Below, in pieces: positions 39,164 through 53,611 of a stretch of 64,000 nucleotides of DNA (positions are counted from its first letter, which is position 1; each line of letters opens with the position of its first letter). The DNA is taken from the NCBI GenBank assembly GCA_951406725.2, contig OX597830.1, positions 46,004,001 to 46,068,000 of the forward strand. Reading direction: 5' to 3'. The position numbers were made by a program, and so were the translations under genes. Below the pieces are notes generated by a model. It was given only the letters and a program-made list of their open reading frames with translations. It was not told the origin of the DNA and searched no databases. This DNA is from Octopus vulgaris (Eukaryota).

Positions 39164-41151
39164 CCACATATACATAAGGATAGGCATATTAAAAGGGGGC
39201 CGCGTGAAAACTCATTTAAACAAAGGGTTGGGAACTATTGATGGGAACCACTGTGAAAAGGTTGGGAACCACTGATTTCGATGTTCCATTTTCGAAATAT
39301 GACTATCTAAGTGTAGTCAAGGAGATGATATGCATTATTTAATATTAAATCTATTGCATACAAAATGTCCCTCAGACAAGATAAACATTAGATGCCAGTC
39401 GATGGAAATTTTTAACGAAAGTGTATTTAATAGTCCAAGGATAATTCAGAAGGAATTTTATAATTCAAGCCTCGAAACTGATCCACGTAATACTTGTAGG
39501 GGGGAGGTCATCAATTACCAGTGTTATTTGATATCCTGTTGAATTTTGTATGAATAGATTATTTAACAAGAATAAATAAAACTTTGAGTATCTGTAATTT
39601 TGCGAAAAATTACTTCCTGAACCACAGACAACTTGCTTAAAAATAAAATTAGTTTTTCTGTGACTGAGTAATTTTCTTCTAAGAACTAATTGCAGCTGTT
39701 TCGGCTTGTGATCTTCATCAGTATGATATTATTTGGTTATTTTTAAAATAGGGATGGAGAAACTAAGAAAAAACCCGCAGTGAGAAATAAGAGACTCACA
39801 CACCGTGTTAATAAAGAAGAGCCTGACAAAATACAGTAAGTCGGCATTTTAAATATAGCAAACAAGAGATTCTTTTAGCACCATTCCACATTTCTCATCG
39901 CTTTCTTCAACAAATCTGTTTTACTCACCATACTATGGTTGTATTTCTCAATATTCTCGTTGAATTTTTATATCGATTCTGATTTTCATCATCGCAATAC
40001 TCTGTCATGTTAAATCCTATTTTTGCCCAACAGAACATCGTTTCAAGGAAGTCTGTAGAAGTGTACATGTTTATTTTCATTTGATTTCATAATGAATGTT
40101 TGTACGATGCAGAGATAACTTGTAAATCATTTATTTCTAGAATATTGATAAGTAATTTCATGATTTATATATAAATATGAAGGTGGGATTGCTATGTTTG
40201 GCATCATCCGTATTTTCGTTTCTACCTCTATATTTCTATGCTATACAATCCAACAATAGTCTGCTGCATAATATTTTTTTGAATTTGACTCTTTTTATCA
40301 ATGGCGTTTGATCAAACCACGTCACCCCAGGCCTGCTTTTCACCATCAACTTACCCCACTTTTTCATCTAATACTTTCTCTATTCACAAAACATTCTCGT
40401 CTTTGCGGGTTTTGTACTTTATTTGATAGCATGGACTCAAACTAAACGTTTTTTTAAATCTCTTTCCTTTTAAAATGTTAAGATTCTTCAGCTTTCACAA
40501 CTATGCAGAACCATGTTTTTGTAAACGCCTTACATAAGTCTGTATTTTGACTGTCCCTTAATATTATTATTCCAAAATACTAACTCAGGAGCTTAAAGCC
40601 ATTTATTTTAAAAAAAACTTGCACAAATTATTTTCACTTTTAGTGTGGAACCATCCTCTTGTTATATTTATTTCTGTTAACTTCCTGATTATATTAATAG
40701 ATTCTCTGATGTCAAATTAATACTAATATAATGCAGGGACATTCTTCTATTTTCTTCTGATGGCTTTCTAATCAAAACTAAAGCTGTTCCTTTATCCTCT
40801 CAAACATAATTAGCCCCGGCATCCCTATTCATTCTTGAACTACCATTCTAAGGCTATTGACTCAGAATTCTAGAACTATATAATCGGAGACTAGTAAAAA
40901 TTTAATTGGATGGAGGTCAGTTTTAATTTATAGGCTAGTTTATCAAATCTGAGAGAAGACAGAGAGTAGTATCACTAAATCTAAATAACAGAAATAATCA
41001 GTGATAAGCAGTGTCTTTTTGAAAAAAATTTCAGTTACAACTGTGATGTTGTTGGTAAAACATGTTCTTTGTCTATCTCCTTACTCTCTTGGTGATTTTG
41101 GATAAAATTATACTAATGAGTCCTTCGAATTTAACTAAATTCTATATTTTT

Positions 41152-41240
41152 ATGCAGCTGAAGATTACTCTACATTTTAAATTGATGTAATGTTTGCATT
41201 GTTCAATTAAATGGAGTCGCATGAAACGATCGTACTGCAT
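41152..41240 (+). ncRNA. Minimal type-I hammerhead ribozyme
   Basis: atgcag-CTGAAGA-(long imperfect stem II)-GAAA-cgatcg-TA-ctgcat; perfect 6-bp stem I. Confidence 0.7.
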
Positions 41241-41268
41241 TACCTCTGGATATCCTTGTTGCTTATTT

Positions 41269-41330
<62 letters not shown>

Positions 41331-41765
41331 GCCTTCCAGCTAGATCTCAGCCTCGGCAATGCCGAGTATGCTAGTAATTCACGCTCGCGCGCGCAGACAT
41401 GCGCGTGTATTCACACACACATATTTATATATATGTTGTTTGTATGTGTGCCTATGCGTCTGTTTATCTACTAATCTGTCTTCATCTATCAGTATTCATA
41501 AATATTTGAACCCTACGAATTCTGTGTCATATACTCGAGTAGGAAATCCACGTTATATCGAGAGAGTTTCATATTGAAACGTTCTTATTTAATTGTGGGA
41601 AAGTTTAAATCAAATAATACAAAGATCTTACGGTGATTTATTGGTTGGCAAAGAATGCATTTATTCGGTGATTTGCACATTAGCTTTATTTTAACTAAAA
41701 TTTTAATATTGTAATGTCACTTATTTTGTTCTTGCTCAAGGAATATCTGAACATATTTATTGCAG

Positions 41766-41809
41766 GAAAAATGAAGCTGACGTTTCATTCCACGAAACAA
41801 CTAATTCAG
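41766..41809 (+). CDS. Candidate upstream NWD micro-exon C (44 nt)
   Basis: ttgcag| KNEADVSFHETTNS TCAG|gtaaat; exit phase 1 matches exon 43714. Confidence 0.45.
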
Positions 41810-42646
41810 GTAAATTTTTATTTACAAATGTCTTTTAATGCAGCTTTCTGATTGAAATAGAATTGGTTTGTATATTAAATCCCCATGGCATTCTTCAGTC
41901 TACATCCCTCATCACAAGTGAAATAATACAACAGAATAACAAAGACCAGCGAAAACTTGTGCATAACCGATAAGCGGTGACGAAAAGGAAAGATAGAGAA
42001 GGCGCATCGTCTGGATTAAGCGGGCACGGCAGTGATATATGTAAAGTTAATCACCACCTCTTAAATGGATGAAGGAGTGTCCAAGCTGTCGATTGGTCTG
42101 TCAAAATTGCAGCCATTTGTGGTCACGTCTTGAATGTCGGTCGAATGATTTTAGCTGACCACAGAAAATGTTGTTTTTTTTTCTTCTCAAGGGCTTATGT
42201 CATCAAAATACACTGGAAGCAATGTGTCTTCACGAAACAAAACCAATGAAAGCAGAAGAGCAAATGTCACACTCTGATCAAATCCGTCAACAGAATGTTC
42301 AGGCGTCGAGAAACAGAAAGAAACAAATGAAAGAATGGAGGAGATGCAACAATACCAAACAGACACGCTGCAATGGTTCTGGTTGACGCTACGAGGAAGA
42401 CAGAAAAATATTTCTTGCGTGAAAATCCTTGATAAAACAGATTGTAGGAATTAATCTTCCAATGATGCTGCAGCATCTTTTGTCCATTCATCTTCTCTAA
42501 TCAAAAACTTTGACTGACACAGTCTGATCTGGATTCTGTAAATCACTAAACAAACAAACTGGCGAGAGCTTTCAAGTTTTCACCAAGTTGAACAATGAAA
42601 TACATTACAATGTCACTTTCGTCCTCTCCCTTTCTCCCTCTCTCTT

Positions 42647-42731
<85 letters not shown>

Positions 42732-43543
42732 CTCTCCTCTTTATTTTCATTTGTTTTCTTGTTTGGTAAATTTAGGCGGGAAGGTTTCAGAAAATAGTTT
42801 GGCGCTAGTGTCTGGAGATTAATTCAAATTAAAATACCGATACCACACATACTCCATTTAAATTCATTCAGCATATTTAAGATCTTATCAATTTTCCCCT
42901 CAAGTTGTCAAGGGAAATGCTATGTTTACACGATGTTAAGTTACACTTGGAACGATTTCTTTTTTTTTTTTTTCTGACACTAAAAACTAAAAGCTTAATA
43001 TAAAACACGTGAATGGTATATGTATAGAAATGTGGCTGACTTTATCTCAAATTAAAAGATTATTACCTTAGTTTATAAAGGTTAATAACATTGAAAAGAG
43101 AGAAAGGACATAGAACGTTAGTTTCATACAATTCTATGTCAAAAGAACTTTCTAGAACATCAACCATGTGGGATATGCAAGAGAGAAAAATAAAATAGAG
43201 GTGATTTTCAATCACAATATATATAAGCGAAGCTAAAAATGTATATTTACGAAAAATGAATGCATGTATCTCTTTAAGCTGACCGATTCTGTACAAGATG
43301 GAGACTTGTCATTGCTGAGAACTAAACAGCGCTTATAACAAATGTCTTGCAGATTGGATCGAGCCTAACGCATAGAATTATCTCAAGAGATGGACGCTCT
43401 TAGTTTGCATTGGAAACGGTTTTCCCTGGGTTTATTGCTTGGAATGTTTTCTTCATATTCTTATCTGAAAATATTTTCATGCTGTACTTGACCCATCGTA
43501 TTAGATGGACATTTTTGTTCTCAGTATCGAACCGAACATAAAC

Positions 43544-43598
43544 ATGGCGAGATCCACAGGGATTGTTTCGCCTACCACTGAAAATAGAAACCTGACAG
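43544..43598 (+). CDS. NWD-like probable first coding exon (or alternative exon)
   Basis: aacATGG context, MARSTGIVSPTTENRNLT, CAG|gtaaac; phase 1 matches the next exon. Confidence 0.6.
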
Positions 43599-43713
43599 GT
43601 AAACCTTTCTCCCAGAGATATTGGTATGCAATTTAAACATTTATTTATTTATTTATTTATTTATTTATTCCGAAAGCTCTGTTCTCTGTTGAAATGCCGG
43701 TGTCTCATTGCAG

Positions 43714-43833
43714 TAGAAGAAATCTCTCCAACAGAAAAAGGAAATTTAAAAAGTATATTAAGCGGAAGTCTAGACAACCTACCAAATTTACCAAATTCCA
43801 TCGTTCGAATATTTCTAAGTTCGACATTTAAAG
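43714..43833 (+). CDS. NWD-like exon (start of DUF4062)
   Basis: VEEISPTEKGNLKSILSGSLDNLPNLPNSIVRIFLSSTFK; AAG|gtagg. Confidence 0.92.
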
Positions 43834-43961
43834 GTAGGAATTTTAATATTTAAAATTATTCCAATTATTCATTTATGACTAATTCACGTCTTTATTCCAG
43901 CGAAGAACAGTAACTTCCAACAGGCGTAATTTGATTAACTCTTAATGAGAAATGTAAATAT

Positions 43962-44034
<73 letters not shown>

Positions 44035-45315
44035 ACGTCCCTTTTTCCCCTGCTGGCATCTGTTGGACAGTTTGACAAGAACAGACGAGCCAGAGGTCTC
44101 CGTTAGGTTCCGTGTCTGCTTTGGCGTTATTTCTACAGCTGGATGTCCTTCCTAATGCCAACCACTTAACATAGTGTACTGTGTGGTTTTCCCGTGGTAC
44201 TAGTACCGTTGAGGTCGCCAAGAACCCGCAAGATATGACCCCCATAGTACCTAGACCTCACATCGCTTTCTTCCTCTTTCTCTCTCTTTCCAGCTCATGT
44301 ATTCACTTCTTCAGCTACACATCACCCCTCTTTCGCTATCATAGTTCCTAATTCCTCCAGTCTCGGCCCCTTCTCTGATATTTAACCGAATGGTGGCTCG
44401 ATCTAGTTGTGATCTACTCATTAGTGAAATTAGGAATACAGACCTATATTTTGCACATGATGCATTTATTCTTGCTGAATCTCTGGATGTCTTAAAGAGC
44501 ACTCTCCTTTCACAGAGTGAGGAACCGGAACCGCTTGGCCTTTCATGATTTCATGTTATTGAGTATCTCAAATTTCTAGCCTTGTACTTCAGTTAGAAAC
44601 GACCATTGTAATTGGAAAGGATTGAAGGGTCACGCTTTTGTGGTATGTATTCGTGTCCGAAATCGAGACCGAGGTTGACAGAAACGGTAGAGCGTCCTGA
44701 GTTCAAAATGCTGAGCGGCATTTCACCCGTCTTTATGCTCTGAGTTCAAATTCCGTCGGGGTTGACTTTACCTTTCATTCTTTCGGGGTCGATAAAATAA
44801 GTACCAGTTGAGTACTCCCCCCCCCCCCCCGCCCCGAAATTGCTGGCCTTGTGACAAAATTTGGAACCAATATTTAATATAGTGGAAACATCTGTTGTTG
44901 CTGTTGTTGTTATTGTCGTTCTTCTTTATGATGTTTAACCCTGACTGAGCAAGTCAATGATTACATCATTCTCCCCAAAACCATTAATCTTTAATTTTCA
45001 GAAATTATCTCCAGGGTGGCATAGTTTAGCGTGTCCTTCATTTTGTACGATGGCAAGATGACGTTCGCGGGCAATGCGATTGCTTTTTCTAATAGGCTGA
45101 TCCTACATCGAGGATCCCTTGTAAATTTGGTGAGAAATCAAGCCTTGGGTTTCAAAAGACAGCGCGCATACGCAATAACATCGCTTAATATAAGACTAGT
45201 TCTTCCAGCGGTCAGTTTCTTCTGTTACTCTTTAGTTTAATTATATTCCGCTAGAATCTCCGCTGTTTCGGCATTAATTCAGAATTACTGATATTCTCCA
45301 ATGGCTGTTTTTCAG

Positions 45316-45518
45316 ATACTCAAATAGAAAGAAATTCTTTGATGACAAATGTCTACCCAAAGATTCGGGAATTTTGTGTGTCTCAAGGTCTTGACTTCCA
45401 AGTCATTGATATGAGATGGGGAATTCCAGAAGGGACACAACTTGAATTTTCCACCAAAGACTTATGTCTGAGCGAAATAGAGAATTGTCAGCATTTTTCA
45501 ATGGGACCAAACTTTGTG
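45316..45518 (+). CDS. NWD-like exon (DUF4062 core)
   Basis: DTQIERNSLMTNVYPKIREFCVSQGLDFQVIDMRWGI...CLSEIENCQHFSMGPNFV. Confidence 0.95.
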
Positions 45519-45783
45519 GTAAAATATTTTTTTAATTATTTCCATTTTCTGTTGTTATTACTATTTATTGTTATTGTTGTTGTTTCTTATTGTTGCTGTT
45601 TGTTATTGTTGTTGCTGTTAGTTAGCCTCAGACGTACCAACCATAAGTATTTATCTTTCTTTTAAATTTTTTTTATTTAAGCAAAGTCTATCTGGACGGC
45701 ATCGTTCATTGTTTTCTTCCATTTTAAAACTGTAGGAAGTGATTCAACGGAGAATTTGTTTATCGTTGTAGCTGTTAGGGCTA

Positions 45784-45842
<59 letters not shown>

Positions 45843-46358
45843 GGGGGAGATAACAGCAATCAAACACACCCAATGGCAACACTATTGATTGCCGAATTTA
45901 TCCGTTGATATTGAAATAATCGAAATGAACGAATATTTTCCATCGTTTTGTTACCAGAGGGAGGGCAACACTCATTATCTTTTTTGTGGGTCCTGGAGAT
46001 TGATGGATGGATGCAGCGGTACAGATACAGATGACAGGATTATATCGAGAGACAATGAACGTGTTTGTTTGTTTTTTTATGTTCTTAGTGTCTCTAAGGG
46101 ACCGCAACCTGCTCTGATGAAACATACTTCTGTTAAATAAATTCCCTGCGTGTCCTATAACGTTCTGTAATATAAAAGAAATATCAGGTTGACAATTTTT
46201 AAATGTTCACTTCATATACGTTGTAATACTAATCGATAAAGTATTTGAGTACACAGGAATCGTTCGAATTTTTAGACTCAAATATCATTGGTATTGTCAT
46301 TCCAACATCTGCCTTGTATTCATTTTACCACCCTGTCCCCTCTCTTTCTTCTTTTTAG

Positions 46359-46529
46359 GGGTTTATTGGTTGTCGATACGGGTATCGACCATTACCTTAC
46401 ACTATTGATGAACAGCATTTTGATTACATTTTACAAGAAGCTAATGCGATCGATTCCGATAACATTGATTTACTGGATAAGTGGTACATCAAAGATTCTA
46501 ATGCAGTTCCTCCGGTTTACGTCCTTCAG
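46359..46529 (+). CDS. NWD-like exon
   Basis: GFIGCRYGYRPLPYTIDE...LLDKWYIKDSNAVPPVYVLQ; strong acceptor and |gtaag. Confidence 0.95.
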
Positions 46530-46588
46530 GTAAGAGAGATATTCAAATGCGTTTCCCGGCAAACTCTATGAACTAACTTTCTTCCTTC

Positions 46589-46631
<43 letters not shown>

Positions 46632-46777
46632 TATTTATTTATTTATTTATTTATTTATTACTACATAAAATTTGAATTAATTAATGCGATGGTTGGAATC
46701 TTGCTGTACTGTGATTCTCCTTTCATTTAATTATGAATTTCTTCCATGCATATACTCATACACACATTTGTATGTGG

Positions 46778-46818
<41 letters not shown>

Positions 46819-46998
46819 TATATATGCATAATATATATATATATATATATAAGTAGACAAATGAATTATCTTATTACGGATAATTCGAAAGATAACCGAT
46901 ACCTGGGTAGCAAACTCACAACAGATAAAGCACGGTTGAAGTTACAACCATAGGGCATAAAATCCGTGCCTTAGTGCGGAAATTTGAAGTTTAATTTA

Positions 46999-47155
46999 AT
47001 ATATTAAGTATAGGAAAGAATGGAGCTGAACGAAGATTTAACAAAGTTCCTTTATTTTTATTTTCGACATATGTTTTGCAGACTTCGAAACATATGTCGA
47101 AAATAAAATAAAGGAACTTTGTTAAATCTTCTTTCAGCTCCATTCTTTCCTATAC

Positions 47156-47164
<9 letters not shown>
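46999..47164. repeat. Near-perfect fold-back (~78-bp arms, 11-nt loop)
   Basis: atattaagtataggaaagaatggagctg...catatgttt / aaacatatg...cagctccattctttcctatacttaatat. Confidence 0.95.
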
Positions 47165-47215
<51 letters not shown>

Positions 47216-47230
47216 AATACACACACACAC

Positions 47231-47261
<31 letters not shown>

Positions 47262-47297
47262 TGTATGTATGTATGTATGTATGTATGTATGTATGAT

Positions 47298-47330
<33 letters not shown>

Positions 47331-47708
47331 CTAGCAGTATCGCCCGGCGTTGCTCAGGTTTGTAAGGGAAATAACTATAAAGCATTTTTAGAGAGTTATA
47401 GCCAAAAAATAGCAAAAAAATGGGAAAAAAATGATGGTAAATTTTTTTAGAGTTAAAAAAGGTGGAGTTGCGTCCCCTAGACGGTCTGTGGTTTGGGTTT
47501 CTGATTCTCGACCCCATGTCGAATTTATCGATTTTTTTCAGAACTGGGGGAACTTTTCAAAATTTTCGCTGCGTTAGTTTTGAATTATGACATTGGGCTA
47601 TGTGTGTGTCAAGTTTCATCAGAATCGGTTGAAAGCCGTGGTCAGAGTGAGGGTACGAGAAAACAGACACACAGAAAACGCACAGACAAACTGCTGTTTA
47701 TATAGAGA
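47331..47708 (-). mobile_element. Non-autonomous Helitron, related to the copy at 4450
   Basis: 3' end (ctagcagtatcgcccggcgttgctcaggtttgtaaggg) is the reverse complement of the end at 4806-4844; the internal region differs. Confidence 0.72.
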
Positions 47709-47744
47709 GAGATACACACATACATGCATACATACATACATACA

Positions 47745-47816
<72 letters not shown>

Positions 47817-47855
47817 GGTATGTAGAAAAATACAACATGGACAAGAACGTATAAC

Positions 47856-47907
<52 letters not shown>

Positions 47908-47992
47908 CAAGCAAACAAATTTTTTTCTCTGGCGCAAGGAAAGGAGCCTTATCGGCGATGCCTATAGCGGCGGACGAAAAACAACGATGTTA

Positions 47993-48032
<40 letters not shown>

Positions 48033-48080
48033 TATATAAACGGCAGTTTGTCTGTGCGTGCTTCTGTGTGTCTGTTTGCT

Positions 48081-48120
<40 letters not shown>

Positions 48121-48128
48121 ATATGGGG

Positions 48129-48189
<61 letters not shown>

Positions 48190-48545
48190 ATGTGGGGTTG
48201 GTCCGTACTTCTTACGTAATATTTGCGGTTTTAGGCACTGGAATGGCACTTCCTCAGACTTGCGTCAAAGGCGTGCTATCACCTTGTACATCTATCAGAC
48301 TACGTTGTTAGGAAAGTCCTGGGAGGAAATAAAAAAGAAAAAAAAAATTACAAACGTTTATGCGGGATGAGTGCATGGGGAAGGTACTATGTGGGCGGGT
48401 GGTGGGAGTGAATACCTATAATGATTGGAGGGAGAAAGGGAAGGGGGAAACGAATAGAAGAGGGCGAAAGAGAAGTAGAAGGAGGAGAAGAGAAAGAAGG
48501 AGAAGAATCGGAAGGAGAAGGAAAGGAAGAAGTAGGAAAAGAAGA

Positions 48546-48593
<48 letters not shown>

Positions 48594-48714
48594 ATAGTTC
48601 AAATTTACAGAAGACAAAAGACGAAGACAGGTGAAGGAACAACAAACAGGTGTATTAGTCTAACGCTCGGGAAGAATGGGAAACACACGAGAGATAAGTC
48701 CAGGACAAAATACC

Positions 48715-48945
<231 letters not shown>

Positions 48946-49222
48946 CACACACTCACACACACAAACACGAATCTGTAAGTAGAGAGAGACAAAGTTTAAT
49001 TGTACTCCGATTCTCTATAATCTTATTTCTACATCCGGGCTACACAAAATATATTTTAATAAAAGCAAATAAGAAATTATTATGAAGGAGAATCTTAATT
49101 ATTGCTTTCTACTTTGTTCTTTGGTGAAAACAGATATTTAGAAAACTCTCTCAATATTTTAAAATTGGTGCAGTTCTTGTAAATTTATTCTGAATCAATA
49201 ACCGTAATACTTCTCGTTTTAG

Positions 49223-49409
49223 CCAATTCGCAGTGTGTTCCGACATTTTATGTCACGTGATCCAAATATGGCAGAGCAACGAGCAAAAGACACGCAAGGC
49301 TGGAAAGAATGTGAGCGCTCTCTCTTGGATCTGATACGAAGGGCTTCCGACGCGGCTTATCAGAACAGCCGTCTCACGGAAGAACAAAAGCACGACTTTT
49401 TTGCATCAG
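49223..49409 (+). CDS. NWD-like exon
   Basis: PIRSVFRHFMSRD...WKECERSLLDLIRRA...HDFFAS; phase 0 to 1. Confidence 0.93.
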
Positions 49410-49539
49410 GTAAATATTTTCAATATTTTGTATAATTTTACAAGTTATCTCTTCCTAGTTTTACTCTTGTGGAGTCGAGGGATGGGTTGGAATAAGGAAA
49501 TTTATACTTCATGAAAAGTTTTCAGAAATAATTAATAGA

Positions 49540-49827
49540 TGAGTGGATTTGGTAGACGGAAACTGAAAGAAGCCTGTCGTATATATGTATATATATGTAT
49601 ATATATGTATATGTATGTGTGTGTTTGTGTGTCTGTGTTTGTCCCCCTAGCATCGCTTGACAACCGATGCTGGTGTGTTTACGTCCCCGTCACTTAGTGG
49701 TTCGGCAAAAGAGACCGATAGAATAAGTACTGGGCTTACAAAGAATAAGTCCCGGGGTCGATTTGCTCGACTAAAGGCGATGCTCCAGCATGGCCGCAGT
49801 CAAATGACTGAAACAAGTAAAAGAGAG
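49540..49827 (+). mobile_element. 5'-truncated SINE (family of 58755-59171)
   Basis: Matches the 3' two-thirds of the 58755 copy, including the tail. Confidence 0.82.
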
Positions 49828-49944
49828 ATGATCAAATGCGCTTCACTAGAGTCGTTGAAAACATTAACAAAGGAAGGACTGTGCATCGATATGTTCCTTG
49901 TCACGGTTTACGGTCGAGCCTATGTAATATTTCCAGTTAAAATC

Positions 49945-51063
49945 CTTAAAAGTGTTTCAGCCCGAAAGCTGCGGCCATGCTGGGGCACCACCGTTGACTG
50001 TGCTATACTAGAATGTGAAACCACCTCTGATACGTGGCACTTGGTCAAGAAGGGAGTTCTACGCCGCTGCCCGCATCTGTGTTTCCTGCCGAGAGGTAGG
50101 TTCATCTGGAACCCCTGACAAGAAGAGATCCAGTTTAGTTTTAAAGAAACCCACATCCACACCATGCAGGTCTCTCAGGAATTTAGGAAGAATATTGAAG
50201 AGCAGTGGTCCCCTGAAACCCAAGCTGTTGCAGTATCTGGTCCTGTATTTTGATGGTGATGTTGGGATCTTGGCACTATGCAGTGGCGCTCCGTTCTGCT
50301 GTTGGTGTAACTTTCAATGCCAAAATTTGAAACAAGGCCCTCTAGTATTTTCCAGATGTATATCACTGCATATCTCACGCCTTCGCTCCAGAGAGAAGAG
50401 TTTTAATACTTTCAGTCTTTCCCAGTAGCTGATATGCTTCGAGTTCTGCTGTTAATTTATATTGTGTGGTGACCATAGTTGGCAGCAGCAGTCCAAGCGG
50501 CTGAGGACGAATGTCTTCCAAAGGACCATCAATGTCTCCTTCTCTCTTGTTCTGAAAGTTCGGAGGATCCATCCAGCTAGCCGTCTGCATTTTATTACCA
50601 AATTAGCAATATGCACTTGGAAAGATGCATCATTGCTCATGTCAATGCCCAAGTCACGCACTGATTTTGACTCAGGAATTGCAATTCTTCCCGAGCCAGT
50701 GTATCCGGTCTGCATGTCGTTTAGCTTTGTGTGCCGGTAGCGCAGGGCTTGGAACTTCCCTGCATTAAACTGCATGTTGTTGTCCTCAGCCCACCTGTAT
50801 ATTGTATCCAACTCCCGTTGAAGATGTGCAACATTTCCAGAGTTTTGTATTGTCTGAGAGACCTTTGTGTTATCTCCATAGCTAGCAAGGGTGGCCATCT
50901 TAGCAACTGAGGGCATGTCTGAAAAGGCCACTATGAACAGCAGTGGCCCCAAGACAGTTCCCTGTGGAACACCGCTTGTTATTTGTGTTTCCTTGGAGGT
51001 GTCTCCATTGGCCACCACTGCCTGCCTTCTATCTTTTAGGAGGTTGTGCAGCCACTCTCCAAG
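49945..51063 (-). mobile_element. CR1/L2-group LINE, 5'-truncated, frameshifted
   Basis: SGVPQGTVLGPLLFI, degenerate YGDN for YADD, same tail motif. Confidence 0.9.
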
Positions 51064-51476
51064 TTACTTTGTATTTTCATGGTACATTTATACATTGCAT
51101 TACTACGAACGCAATTACTATTTGACGACGGACAATTGTTCTGAGATCTGTGTGTGCGTATGTGTATATATATGTGTGTGGAGAGAGAGAGAGAGAGAGA
51201 TTTATGTGCGTCTCTTTGAGTCTGTGTTCCCCCGCACCATCGCTTGACAACCGATGTTGGTGTGTTTATGTCCTCGTAGCTTAGCATTTCAGCAAAAAAC
51301 AAAAAAAAAACGGTAGAATAAGTACTAGGCGTACAAAGAATAAGTTCTGCGTTGGATTTCTTCGACTAAAACCCTTTAAGGCAGTGCTCCAGTATGGCTG
51401 CAGTCAAATACCCGAAAGGTGTAAAAGAATAAGATATATATATGTATGTATGTATGTATATACATACATACATACA

Positions 51477-51507
<31 letters not shown>

Positions 51508-51851
51508 TAAAATGTATGTCAGGTTTCCACAGAATCCAATGACAAGGAACGGTTCTTAATTGTTCAAGAACTGCTAATACAAACGTGTAAGTGTAACAAA
51601 GCGTGCATCGTTTTAAATGATTAAATTCTTTACAAACCACTTCAGTCGGTCTCTTCTTCAAATACTCTTTTCCTATGTTCTTCGACCGCTTCCATTCCAG
51701 TATTCACCAACGAACCCAAATTCATTCTTATCTCAATAACTCTCATCTGTTCTGCCAACACGAAACTTCAAAGTTCTAAATTCTTTTCACCTGTCAGTCT
51801 ATATTTCATGAGCATAACGTACCAATTTCTTGCAATTTTTCTGTTTTGTAG

Positions 51852-52048
51852 TGACTGAATCAGAGATGATAAAAGGTATTTTTCAAGCTGAAAACCCATC
51901 GGCAAAAACCTTAGTATACTTGAGAAAATTTATTGACTTTCCTGAGTCTCTGGATGGTGATGATATTGGTGGGGGGGTCGGCCAAGAAGGAAACATGGTG
52001 GATGACAGTCCGACCATCTATGTAGACTTTGTCGAAATTAACAAGAAG
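51852..52048 (+). CDS. NWD-like exon
   Basis: VTESEMIKGIFQAENPSAKTLVYLRKF...YVDFVEINKK; the SVTE.E motif spans the junction. Confidence 0.92.
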
Positions 52049-52101
52049 GTAAAATTTCCTTAAAATATATAGGAGCGCTTGGAAAGGTCGGGGCTTTTGC
52101 C

Positions 52102-52183
<82 letters not shown>

Positions 52184-53611
52184 TGTGTGTGTGTGCGTCC
52201 GTGATAGTCTATTTATTTCTGAATGCGTGAAATAATAATGTACATTAAAAAGATATTTAAGGCTATTAGTAATATTAGCCAATTTTCAAGGTATCAAAAT
52301 TTGACTGAATTTTGGTATAAACCACTTGATACAAGTATTGATACAAGTTCGACACAACCATGGATCGAATTTATGGTGACACTTTCAGAAAACTGAATAA
52401 TTTTCTCGGGAATCTTCTATAAAACTATGTCAAATATCTCACAGGTATGAAATATATTCCATGACGGAAAGTTATCCCACTTGACATTAAGACACCAAGA
52501 AAACTTATTCAAAAGAGAAGTCATTGAAATTGACATTTGAATTGTAACACTGAAGAAAACTATCATCCTCTATTCTGTGAGAATTCTTAGAAACTTCTTT
52601 GGGAGATGAGAAGGTTTGAGCTCACTCAATCTTAAGACGTAATGTGCAAAACTTGAATTAATATAGGATTAATATCAACGGGTTTTATTTAATAACAATT
52701 CTTCCTTCTATGGGCAAAAGGCTCGACATTTTAGAGGGAGATTCTAGTCTATTACAATGAGCCCAGTGCTCAACTTCTAGAAATTTTATCGAATCCGAAC
52801 GGAAGAAAGCAAAGTTAACCTGGATGGCATTTGAACTCACAACATAAAGAGCCGGAATAAATGCCGCCAAACATTTTGTCCGGCGTGCTATCGATTCTGC
52901 TAGATCACCGCCTTTCTTTCAAGTTTTTGACGCAAGGTCAGAAATATTAGAGAGAAGAGCCTAGTCGATTGCATAGATCCCGGTGTTTGGCTGGTATTTA
53001 TTTTATCGACCCCGAAAGGATGACAGGTAAAGTCGACATCGGCAATATTTGAACTCAAAACTTCAAGCCAGAAGAAATGCTGCTAAACGTTTTGTCCGGC
53101 GCGGAAAAAATTCTGCCATGTTGTTGACTTATAATTCTTTATGCTATAAACAGAAGGACTGAAATTCTGTAGGAGGGGGAGGGGCAGTCAATTACATACA
53201 TACCTACGTACGTAAATACACACACATACACACGCACACACGCGCCCTCGCGCCATTACTGGAACTAAATTTTTTTTAAACTTTCCAGAAGTTTATTACA
53301 TAAAACAAAACATACAAATCTGTACTATACATGGTGCTGGTGATGCTGGTGCTGGTGCTGGTGCTGGTGCTGGTGGTGGTGCTGGTGGTGCTGGTGCTGG
53401 TGGTGCTGGTGCTGGTAGTGCTGGTGGTGACATTCCATCTCAGATTAGCTATTTGCTGTCAGTGCAGAATGAGACGTCAATGAAATGACCCTTAATCCCT
53501 TATTTGAACTCTTGGTTAAAGAATATAAAATAGAAAACAAAGTTTGTTTCATTAGATCTATCGTTTTTAATCTTTTAAATCTATTAAAATAATGATTATT
53601 TCTATAAACAG

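Noticed and set aside
53332-53430. (GGTGCT)n Gly-Ala-like repeat
   Set aside because: Intronic hexanucleotide microsatellite with no compatible splice sites.
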